A stretch of 64,000 nt of DNA from contig CAYOLL010000011.1 of the NCBI GenBank assembly GCA_964404765.1, forward strand, positions 773 through 64,772. Reading direction: 5' to 3'. The position numbers were made by a program, and so were the translations under genes. This DNA is from an uncultured Gemmatimonadota bacterium. GTDB taxonomy: Bacteria > 4572-55. Below are positions 56,569 to 64,000 of this stretch, in pieces (position 1 is the stretch's first letter; every line of letters begins with the position of its first letter). The notes under the pieces are model-generated. The model was not told the DNA's origin. It searched no databases and was given only the letters and a program-made list of their open reading frames with translations.

Positions 56569-58374
56569 TACATTTTGAAAGTCGGCTTCCAGTGAATTTT
56601 GAATATCCCAGACCCTGCGGTACATTCCGGCCCGATTCACTAATTCGTCGTGTGTGCCGATTTCAACAATCCGCCCGTGCTCCAGAACAGCAATCAAATC
56701 GGCGGCCATGACCGTTGTCAGGCGATGCGCAATCACAAATGTTGTGGCCAGGCCGCGCCGGGATTTCAGCGCTTGTTGAATTCTAACTTCGGTTTCTGTA
56801 TCGACCGCGCTGAGTGAGTCATCAAAAATCAGAATAGCCGGGTTTTTGATAATGGCGCGGGCAATGGCTACGCGCTGTTTTTGGCCGCCGGAAAGGGTCA
56901 CGCCGCGCTCGCCCACCAGCGTCTCATAGCCTTTTTCAAAACCGGTAATCACCTGATGGATGGCGGCTGCGCCGGCGGCTTCTTCGACTTGTCGCAAATC
57001 GGCCAACGGATTACCAAAGCGGATGTTATCGCCAATTGTTTTGGAGAAAAGAAACGGTTCCTGCAACACGATGCCGATTTGACTACGCAGCCACTTGCGG
57101 TCAAATGTTTGTAACTCCTGACCATCCAATGTGATACGCCCGCTTTGATAGTTATAGAGTCGCGGCAGCAAGTTAACCAGCGACGTTTTGCCTGAGCCGG
57201 TCGGACCCATAATGGCCATCGTTTGGCCGGCCCTGACCCGAAAATGAATGTCGCGTAAAATCGGAATGTCATCGTGATAAGCAAAGTTGACCCGATCAAA
57301 AACAATCTCGCCGCGCACTTCGGTCAGCCGGATATTGGCGGCAGGTTCGGCCGATCCTTCCAGTGGCGTCTGCAAAATTTCCTTGATGCGCGTCAGTGAA
57401 ACAACGGCCATGCCCAGATCGGTCAAAATTTTGCCCAAATGACGCACCGGCCACATCAACATCCCGTTATAAGTGATAAAAACAACTAGTGTGCCCAACG
57501 AAATGATTCCGTCAACAGCCCGCATGACGCCGACCACAGTGACCAGCGCAATCTGCGTCATGCACAGAAAATCAGAAAATGACCAATAAGTTGCCAAAAG
57601 CAGCATCACGCGGAAGTTTTTATCCCGAAAGCCTCTGTTTTTAGCCTCATATTTGGCGATTTCATAGTCTTGCCGGGCAAAAGCGCGCACGACCCGAACG
57701 CCGGTCAGATTTTCCTGCAAGACCGTGGAGAGTTCGCCCTCGGCTTCGTCGGCCAGTTCAAACGTGCTTTTGACTCTGGAATAGAATGCAACGGCAATGG
57801 TCAGGATAACCGGCACAATAGCCAGCGACAATAAAGCCATCGTCACATCCAGCGAAACGATGATCGGAATCATCAGCGCCAGCATGATGATAGCCCGGCC
57901 TATTTCCGGGAGTTGCAGCACGACGAAGTTGCGCACGGTGTCCACGTCCGATGTGCAGCGCTGAATCAGATCGCCTGTCGCTGCTTTGGCGTGATAGCTA
58001 AACGGCAGATGTTGCAAGTGGTCGTATAATTGCTCGCGCAGGTCGCGCGCCAGATTTTCGGCAGCGAGAGCGGACCAACGGCCTTTCAAATACGTAAAAA
58101 ATCCCTGAAGTACCGCCGCCAGAATGAGAATGCCGCTGCAAATCCACAGATTCTTTGCCAGCGCCGATCTGCCGCCGATCCACTCGATCCATGCAACAAT
58201 AAATGTGGGCGCTTCGATGACTTGATCGCCAATGATCGAATCCAGCGTCAGGCGAATGATCAGCGGCGCGATGTAGGAAAATGTTGTGGCTAATGCTACC
58301 GCCGCCAACGAGCCCAGGTAAAGCCAACGATTGGTTTTGAGCCATTCCCAAATCGTCTTTAGATGTACAAACAT
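56551..58374 (-). CDS. ABC exporter, fused permease / ATP-binding subunit (partner of 54528..56486)
   Basis: Walker A GPTGSGKTS; signature LSGGQKQRVAIARAI; Walker B LIFDDSLSAVD. Confidence 0.85.
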   Translation of the reverse strand: MFVHLKTIWEWLKTNRWLYLGSLAAVALATTFSYIAPLIIRLTLDSIIGDQVIEAPTFIVAWIEWIGGRSALAKNLWICSGILILAAVLQGFFTYLKGRWSALAAENLARDLREQLYDHLQHLPFSYHAKAATGDLIQRCTSDVDTVRNFVVLQLPEIGRAIIMLALMIPIIVSLDVTMALLSLAIVPVILTIAVAFYSRVKSTFELADEAEGELSTVLQENLTGVRVVRAFARQDYEIAKYEAKNRGFRDKNFRVMLLLATYWSFSDFLCMTQIALVTVVGVMRAVDGIISLGTLVVFITYNGMLMWPVRHLGKILTDLGMAVVSLTRIKEILQTPLEGSAEPAANIRLTEVRGEIVFDRVNFAYHDDIPILRDIHFRVRAGQTMAIMGPTGSGKTSLVNLLPRLYNYQSGRITLDGQELQTFDRKWLRSQIGIVLQEPFLFSKTIGDNIRFGNPLADLRQVEEAAGAAAIHQVITGFEKGYETLVGERGVTLSGGQKQRVAIARAIIKNPAILIFDDSLSAVDTETEVRIQQALKSRRGLATTFVIAHRLTTVMAADLIAVLEHGRIVEIGTHDELVNRAGMYRRVWDIQNSLEADFQNVIDNGQ

Positions 58375-58390
58375 GTATGCCTCCTGTTAA

Positions 58391-58510
58391 TAATGGAATA
58401 GCCAACTTCAGTTTGCGCGTAGTTTATGTGACCAAATGCCGCGCATTTGTTTGCAAACTGAAGGTTTGCTACCCCGGGTTGTCTTTATTTGCAAACTGAA
58501 GTTTGCAACT
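58391..58510. repeat. Three copies of palindromic repeat GCAAACTKMAGTTTGC (REP-like) in the intergenic region
   Basis: agccaacttcagtttgcg / tttgcaaactgaaggtttgc / tttgcaaactgaagtttgcaac. The ORF-track ORF 58436..58639 is an artefact of these repeats. Confidence 0.8.
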
Positions 58511-58965
58511 CCGGTTTTGGAAAACAAAAAACCACGAATTCACAGGGAATCCGTGGCTATGGCGGTTGCCGAATATAAAAAAGCCACGGACGTTAAGATA
58601 TTGTGCGTTCGTGGCTTAGAAGAATTTTTACTAAATTGAACTTAGTGTCGCATCTTCACCACGGTGCACAAAACGGCCCGATAATCACTGTAAACTAAAA
58701 ACATTACAGTGCGCGGGAACCTTTGCACAAAAGTTGTGGTGAATTTTAACATGCAATAAACTCCTAAAGAGAGTTATTAATTATATTCGTTTTTATCTAT
58801 AAAAAGTCCGGTTGGACTATAACCTAAAATTATCAGCGGGTTAAAGATATTTTTTCTTAAAACGATGTCAAGCGGATTTTTTAAATTTTTAGCCAATGAC
58901 GAAAAAATTTAAAATGGATCCCAGCCCCGCATGAGCCGGGACCGGGATGCAAAAGTCTGTCAACG

Positions 58966-59075
58966 CAACAGCGCCATCTTCTTCGTCTCCGTGCCGGACG
59001 GCGTTTGCAGGCGATAGACATTGACGCCGCCGCGCACGGCTTGACCGTCGTCCGCGCCGCCGTCCCATATTCCAC
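58966..59075 (-). pseudogene. Fragment of a T9SS C-terminal sorting domain coding end (…WDGGADDGQAVRGGVNVYRLQTPSGTETKKMALLR*)
   Basis: About 90 % identical to the 3' ends of the LVIVD genes at 60055-60180 and 61618-61750. Confidence 0.7.
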
Positions 59076-59080
59076 AACAA

Positions 59081-59431
59081 TCAACGTGTTTCAGCAAAAT
59101 CTTGTTTCGAAGAGCCAATTCGCTTCCGCTGTTTGGTTCGCTTTTCCAGGCCGGGTAGCTGAGCCATTAATCCCATCAACGAACGCAATGCCCGGTTGAC
59201 GGATTGTGAATCCGGGAAACAGGTCAACACATCGGGATCAAGCCGCACGGTGCCCGCTTCATAACGCACTTGTTGAACTTCCGTGGTCCCGTCCGCTTTG
59301 TGGATTTCAATGGTATAACCTTCGTGCAGCGGGCGATAGTGCCGGCCACGCACGGCTCCCCGTAAATCGTATTCCGAGCGAAGTTCGTCCACTTCGTTTT
59401 TGATAGGCGGGTTAGATGCTTTCTTCTTCAT
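59081..59431 (-). CDS. brnA: BrnA-like antitoxin
   Basis: 116 aa; ...LRSEYDLRGAVRGRHYRP... motif. Overlaps the brnT stop, the canonical BrnT-BrnA order. Confidence 0.65.
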   Translation of the reverse strand: MKKKASNPPIKNEVDELRSEYDLRGAVRGRHYRPLHEGYTIEIHKADGTTEVQQVRYEAGTVRLDPDVLTCFPDSQSVNRALRSLMGLMAQLPGLEKRTKQRKRIGSSKQDFAETR

Positions 59432-59696
59432 ACATTTTCCTCTCTTGCCGTGTTGCTCGGCGGCAGCTAATGATCCGAATACATCCTCTGCGTTCAGTGT
59501 AATTTATCAGTAGCAGTCGTCCCAGGGACGAATAGCCAACCCCAATGAAACGATCCTCATCCTCCGAATGGTCCGGATCGTGAATTGTCGCAATATGCGT
59601 ATCGTTAAAGATGGTCGCGCCTTCTTGAAAGCTTACGTCATGTTTTTTGAGATTGGTCTTTGCTTTTTCCTCATCCCATACAAATACAGAACTCAT
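59412..59696 (-). CDS. brnT: BrnT (DUF497) ribonuclease toxin
   Basis: MSSVFVWDEEKAKTNLKKHDVSFQEGATIFND...DPDHSEDEDRFIGVGYSSLGRLLLINYTERRGCIRIISCRRATRQERKMYEE is a strong match to the BrnT family; start chosen at the internal Met. Confidence 0.8.
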   Translation of the reverse strand: MSSVFVWDEEKAKTNLKKHDVSFQEGATIFNDTHIATIHDPDHSEDEDRFIGVGYSSLGRLLLINYTERRGCIRIISCRRATRQERKMYEEESI

Positions 59697-59762
59697 AAAA
59701 ACTTCCGATAACCCTTTCTCTGGTAAATGGTTTTCTCTCACGTTACTTCAGCAAAACCGGCA

Positions 59763-59830
59763 CGTTTTGAGGATCAGCATAACAGCGCCATCTTCCCGGT
59801 TTCCAGGCCATCCGGCGTTTGCAGGCGATA
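59763..59830 (-). pseudogene. Second degenerate T9SS-CTD 3'-end fragment (MQIYRLQTPDGLETGKMALLC*)
   Basis: Homologous to 58966-59075 and to the LVIVD gene ends. Confidence 0.6.
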
Positions 59831-60049
59831 AATTTGCATGTTTGATCCTTTTCAGAGTGTTACGAATGGGCACTTGAATAGGAGTAAAATAGGACTGCGC
59901 CAATTTATTGTCAATACCAAACGGCAGGCAGGATAAAAAGAAAAAGCCGCTCTCCATTTCAAGAGAGCGGCTTTGTCCCATGTCCCCGGCACTTTTTGTA
60001 CAACTATGGATACGGCACACTTCCGGTAAGTGCCGGGGACATTTCAGAA

Positions 60050-61360
60050 TCAGCGCAGCAAAACCATCTTCTTCGTCTCCGTGCCGGCCGGGGTTTGCAG
60101 GCGATAGAGATAGACGCCGCTGCTCACGGCTTGACCGTCGTCCGTGCGGCCGTCCCAGGTGAGTTCATGCGACCCGGCGGCTAAGCGCTCCCGGGCCAGG
60201 GTCTTGACCAGCCGACCGGCGGCGTTATAGATGCGCAGGTGGATTGCGCCGGCCCGGGCGAGTTGGAAGCGGATGGAGGTTTGCTCGGTAAAAGGATTGG
60301 GATAATTGCCGGTGGTGAGCGCTGCGGTTGGCTGCGGTTGCGGGTCGTCTTCGATGGCGGTGAGGTCGGTATAATACAGGATGACCAACCCGCCATACCA
60401 ATTGGCCACGTAGGCATAGTTACCGCTGACCGCCACGCCAACAGCATCGATCGGCGTGTCGTAAGAGCCTATTTCGACGGGCGCAACCGGGTTACTGACG
60501 TTGATCACCCGCAGCCCGGAACCATAATCGGCCACGCAGGCATAGCCGCCACTGACCGCCACGTCAACAGCAACGCCCGGCGTGTCGTAATAGCCAACCT
60601 CGCTGGGCGCAGCCGGGTTGCTGACGTTGATCACCCGCAGCCCGCCATGACCATCGGCCACGTAGGCATAGCCGCCACTGACCGCCACGCCATAAGCACC
60701 GCCCGGCGTGTCGTAAGAGCCCGCCTCGCTTGGCGCGGCCGGGTTGTTGACGTTGATCACCCGCAGTCCGGAATCATAATCGGCTACGTAGGCGTAACCG
60801 CCGCTGACCACCACGGCTAAAGCGCCCGGCGTGTCGTAATAGCCAACCTCGCTGGGCGCAGCCGGGTTGCTGACGTTGATCACCCGCAGTCCGCCATAAC
60901 CATCGGCCACGTAGGCATAGCCGCCGCTGACCGCCACGTCCCCAGCATAGCCCGGAGTGTCGTAATAACCAACTTCGCTGGGCACGGCCGGGTTGCTGAC
61001 GTTGATTACCCGCAGCCCGGCATAATAATCGGCCACGTAGGCATAGCTGCCGCTGACCGCCACGCTATAAGCAGCGCCCGGTGTGTCGTAAGAACCAACT
61101 TGGCTGGGCGCGCCCGGGTTGCTGACGTTGATTACCCTTAGCCCGACAGAACCCGCGGCCACGTAGGCGTAGTCGCCGCTGACCGCCACGTCATGAGCAT
61201 AGCCCGGGGTGTTGTAAATACTCACCGCGCTGGGTGCGCCCTGCACCGCGCCTTCGGGAGCATCTACAAACGCCAAATTTTGGCTCCAGCCTGCTATCGG
61301 ACATAAGGCCAACGCCGTAAAAATCATAAACATCGCCGCATACAGCAGTTTCGTAAACAT
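60050..61360 (-). CDS. LVIVD-repeat protein with T9SS C-terminal sorting domain
   Basis: RBS GAGGGGGA before ATG 61360; signal peptide [26 protein letters not shown]. About 8 LVIVD repeats ([32 protein letters not shown]). C-terminal [37 protein letters not shown]...[20 protein letters not shown]. Confidence 0.8.
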   Translation of the reverse strand: MFTKLLYAAMFMIFTALALCPIAGWSQNLAFVDAPEGAVQGAPSAVSIYNTPGYAHDVAVSGDYAYVAAGSVGLRVINVSNPGAPSQVGSYDTPGAAYSVAVSGSYAYVADYYAGLRVINVSNPAVPSEVGYYDTPGYAGDVAVSGGYAYVADGYGGLRVINVSNPAAPSEVGYYDTPGALAVVVSGGYAYVADYDSGLRVINVNNPAAPSEAGSYDTPGGAYGVAVSGGYAYVADGHGGLRVINVSNPAAPSEVGYYDTPGVAVDVAVSGGYACVADYGSGLRVINVSNPVAPVEIGSYDTPIDAVGVAVSGNYAYVANWYGGLVILYYTDLTAIEDDPQPQPTAALTTGNYPNPFTEQTSIRFQLARAGAIHLRIYNAAGRLVKTLARERLAAGSHELTWDGRTDDGQAVSSGVYLYRLQTPAGTETKKMVLLR

Positions 61361-61614
61361 ATTGTCCCCCTCGTTTGATAGGTGAACTTCAAAAAATCCG
61401 GAAAAATCATACTCGAAAATTAAACAATTACCAGGTCTTTGCAAGAAAAATCGGCCTATCCGCTGACGGATCACTTGGAACACCGGCAGTTTCTAAAACC
61501 CGGCGGCTCGCCGACCGGATAAAAAGAAAAGCCGCTCTCCATTCTCCGAGAGCGGCTTTTAGATAAACAACGGCGTTAGATGGACGCCACCTTTGAGGTG
61601 GTGTCCATCTAAAA

Positions 61615-63777
61615 TCAACGCAACAAAACCATCTTCTTCGTCTCCGCGCCGGACGGCGTTTGCAGGCGGTAGACATAGACACCGCTGCCCACGGCTTGAC
61701 CGTCGTCCGTGCGGCCGTCCCAGGTGAGTTCATGCGACCCGGAGGCCAGGCGTTCATTGGCCAAGGTCTTGATTAGCCGACCGGCGGCGTCATAGATGCG
61801 CAGGTGGATTGCGCCGGCCCGGGCGAGTTGGAAGCGGATGGCGGTTTGCTCGGTAAAGGGATTGGGATAATTGCCGGCGGTGAGCGCGGCGGTTGGTTGC
61901 GGCTGCGGGTCTTCGATGGCGGTCGAGCCGCTGTATTGCAATGTAAACAGCCCCCCACTGCCATTAGCCATATAAACGTAATTGCCAGACAAAGCAATAC
62001 CTTCTACTCTATTTGAAGTCTCGTAAAATCCAACCTCTTTTGGATGCGTTGGATCACTAATATTAACAACCCGCAGACTAACGCCATCCTTGGCTACATA
62101 CGCATGAATTCCGGAAATAACGATCTGACCTGCATAATTGCCCGATATAAAACCAGTTTCTGCGGGAGTGGAAGGCGTTGCAATATTGAGAATTCGTAAG
62201 GCGGATGTACCTGCGACATAAGCATAGTTGCCGGCAATTGCGACTCCCCTGGCATCATCGGGGGTAACGTAATGCTTAACTTCCGTGAGAGATTGCACAT
62301 TACTGATGTCAATGATTCGCAAATCACCGTCGGCTATATAGGCGTAATTTCCGGATATGGCAACATCAGATGCATTTTTGGGAGGGTCGTAATATCCGGC
62401 TTGACGAGGCGACGCTGGATTGCTAACATCAATAACACGTAAGCCCTTACTGGAACCGCCAACAACATAGGCGTAGGCCCCAGAAATGGTCACAGCATCA
62501 CCACGGTCGCCTAAATTAATCTCGGCTACGCCTTGTGGATTCATCGGATCACCTATGTTGATAATGTTCAAATTGCCATTGCGGTTACTCACGTTGTTAT
62601 TAATCAAATACGCATAATTGCCGGATACGGCAATGTCCATGGCGTAAAATGACACCGGACTTGCAAGCTGCCCTATTGGATTCGGATATACGGGATTGCT
62701 GATATTGAGGATACGCAACCCTCCATTCTGATCAGCTACGTAGGCGTAGTTGTTTACAACGGCCAAATTCTGTGCATAGCCTGGTGTGTTGAAATAGCTA
62801 TACTCGGAAGGATTGACAGGATCGCTCACATTTACAATTGATAAACCCCGCAGACCGGCCGCTATGTAGGCATAGTTGCCTGATACGGTTAGATCCAGAG
62901 GTTCAGTCTGTGTATCATAAAAATTGAAAAAACGTGGTGTCGTAGGATTACTGACATCAATGATGTACAACGCTCCAGATTGACCAGCAACATAAGAAAC
63001 ATAGGCAAGGTTGCCTGAGACAACAACATCTAATGGGCCACCTAAGCCGGATGTCAGATCAAAAAATCCAACTTCTGTAGGACTAGCCGGATTGTTAATG
63101 TTGAGTATTCTCAAGCCGCTTTTATGTTCGGTGATGTACGCGTAATTGCCAGAGATGAATAATCCAATAATGGGCACGGATGCTGTAAACTTACCAATCT
63201 CGATCGGGTTTGTGGGATCATTAACATTTAATATCCTCAAGTCGGGACCGGCAGCAAAATACGCATAATTTCCAGAAACAGCGACAGAGACCGGAACACC
63301 AAAATTAACATTATTACTAAATTGACCGACTTCATTGGGCTTTTCGGGATTGCTGATATTAATGATCCGCAACTTACCGCCTTTTTCGGTTACGTAAGCA
63401 TAATTTCCAGAGACAGCAAGATCATCTGTGAAACTCAAATCAATATGGCCAATTTCTGTAGGGTGGACAGGTGCATTCCCAATAACGTGCAACCCGCGTT
63501 CTCCAATGACGTAAGCATAATTACCGCTGACAGCTATTCCCTTGACGTCCACGATGGAATAGCCCAATGTTACAGCCGCGGCTGGATTACTCGCATCTAG
63601 GACACGTAAAGAGCCTCCCGTGCCTACATAGGCAATATTGCCCTGCACAACAACAGCGTTTGTGGCGCCATGGGGCCAATGCCCAATTAAATTCACATTC
63701 TGGCTCTGCTGGCCAAAAACCGCGCTGCTCCAACTCGCCAACAGCGCAAACCATAAAGCGATCCGAAACTTCATCAT
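61615..63777 (-). CDS. LVIVD-repeat protein with T9SS C-terminal sorting domain (paralog)
   Basis: RBS GGAGGAGG before ATG 63777; signal peptide MMKFRIALWFALLASWSSAVFG; many LVIVD-type repeats; the same C-terminal sorting domain. Confidence 0.8.
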   Translation of the reverse strand: MMKFRIALWFALLASWSSAVFGQQSQNVNLIGHWPHGATNAVVVQGNIAYVGTGGSLRVLDASNPAAAVTLGYSIVDVKGIAVSGNYAYVIGERGLHVIGNAPVHPTEIGHIDLSFTDDLAVSGNYAYVTEKGGKLRIINISNPEKPNEVGQFSNNVNFGVPVSVAVSGNYAYFAAGPDLRILNVNDPTNPIEIGKFTASVPIIGLFISGNYAYITEHKSGLRILNINNPASPTEVGFFDLTSGLGGPLDVVVSGNLAYVSYVAGQSGALYIIDVSNPTTPRFFNFYDTQTEPLDLTVSGNYAYIAAGLRGLSIVNVSDPVNPSEYSYFNTPGYAQNLAVVNNYAYVADQNGGLRILNISNPVYPNPIGQLASPVSFYAMDIAVSGNYAYLINNNVSNRNGNLNIINIGDPMNPQGVAEINLGDRGDAVTISGAYAYVVGGSSKGLRVIDVSNPASPRQAGYYDPPKNASDVAISGNYAYIADGDLRIIDISNVQSLTEVKHYVTPDDARGVAIAGNYAYVAGTSALRILNIATPSTPAETGFISGNYAGQIVISGIHAYVAKDGVSLRVVNISDPTHPKEVGFYETSNRVEGIALSGNYVYMANGSGGLFTLQYSGSTAIEDPQPQPTAALTAGNYPNPFTEQTAIRFQLARAGAIHLRIYDAAGRLIKTLANERLASGSHELTWDGRTDDGQAVGSGVYVYRLQTPSGAETKKMVLLR

Positions 63778-63936
63778 AACCTCCTCCTTTGAATGAATTG
63801 AATGAACTTCCCAAAAACCCGGTGACCTAAACAAAAAATCCCCACCTCGCCATCGGCTCACCGCCCGACAACGAAATAGGGATCAAATCGAAAAATCGCA
63901 CTAAATGGAACGCCAAAACGCGGGTTAGGTGATATA

Positions 63937-63951
63937 CCCCCCCCCCCCCCC
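63937..63951. repeat. Homopolymeric C15 tract
   Basis: Read directly; about 160 bp upstream of the start of the LVIVD gene 61615..63777 (on its promoter side). Confidence 0.9.
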
Positions 63952-64000
63952 TTTTACTTCTCCCCAAAATTTCTTACGCAAAATAACCCCTTTCACATGG

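Noticed and set aside
58436-58639. 67-aa ORF 'MPRICLQTEGLLPRVVFICKLKFATPV...'
   Set aside because: It is produced by three copies of the palindromic GCAAACTGAAGTTTGC repeat. The same 'CKLKFATP' peptide appears in spurious ORFs at 13548 and 21152.

Overview
This 64-kb window looks like a mosaic accessory region, with a few housekeeping genes, from a bacterium that is probably in the FCB group (Bacteroidota and relatives).

**Why FCB-group:** two tandem LVIVD-repeat proteins end in a T9SS-type C-terminal sorting domain, and a TonB-dependent receptor carries an N-terminal carboxypeptidase-regulatory-like domain. GC content is roughly 50 %.

**Housekeeping genes:** smc, a 2-oxo-acid dehydrogenase E2, a mop-like gene, a MgtC-family gene, lspA, a CNT/NupC nucleoside transporter, tRNA-Asp, tRNA-Phe, tRNA-Thr, an N-terminally short Mfd homologue, and a heterodimeric ABC exporter pair.

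**Signalling and defence-like genes:**
- A paralogous pair of membrane-anchored WD40 proteins. One is a STAND NTPase-TM-helix-WD40 protein and runs off the window start. The other is TIR-TM-helix-WD40.
- An adenylate cyclase with tandem CHD, AAA and TPR domains, followed by two secreted proteins.
- A NACHT-FGE/sulfatase-domain STAND protein next to a small P-loop NTPase.
- An operon of a small NTase-like protein and an 880-aa P-loop protein, in a mosaic segment with an Rpn nuclease and a HicB-like protein.
- Toxin-antitoxin-like modules: HEPN/MNT, ParDE, MazF-like, BrnTA and XisHI.

**Phage-like cluster:** directly after the three tRNAs sit a contractile tail sheath, a tube, and a tail-assembly chaperone with a clear -1 programmed frameshift site (A9 run). 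No baseplate or spike genes follow. Downstream is a 2111-aa secreted protein with four beta-helix modules, a clan-CD peptidase-like domain and a C-terminal dockerin.

**Most unusual sequence-level observations:**
1. Selfish two-gene modules (xisHI, brnTA) inserted at gene 3' ends, each flanked by ~95-bp duplications of the host gene's 3' coding end. xisH is truncated.
2. Several families of short palindromic repeats that are intergenic but also inserted in frame inside smc, the TonB receptor, the NACHT gene and the 880-aa gene.
3. Heptamer and octamer tandem repeats (CAATGRR family) that contain the stop codons of two genes and part of a signal-peptide coding region, plus a poly-C15 tract.

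No CRISPR array, rRNA or integrase was seen.
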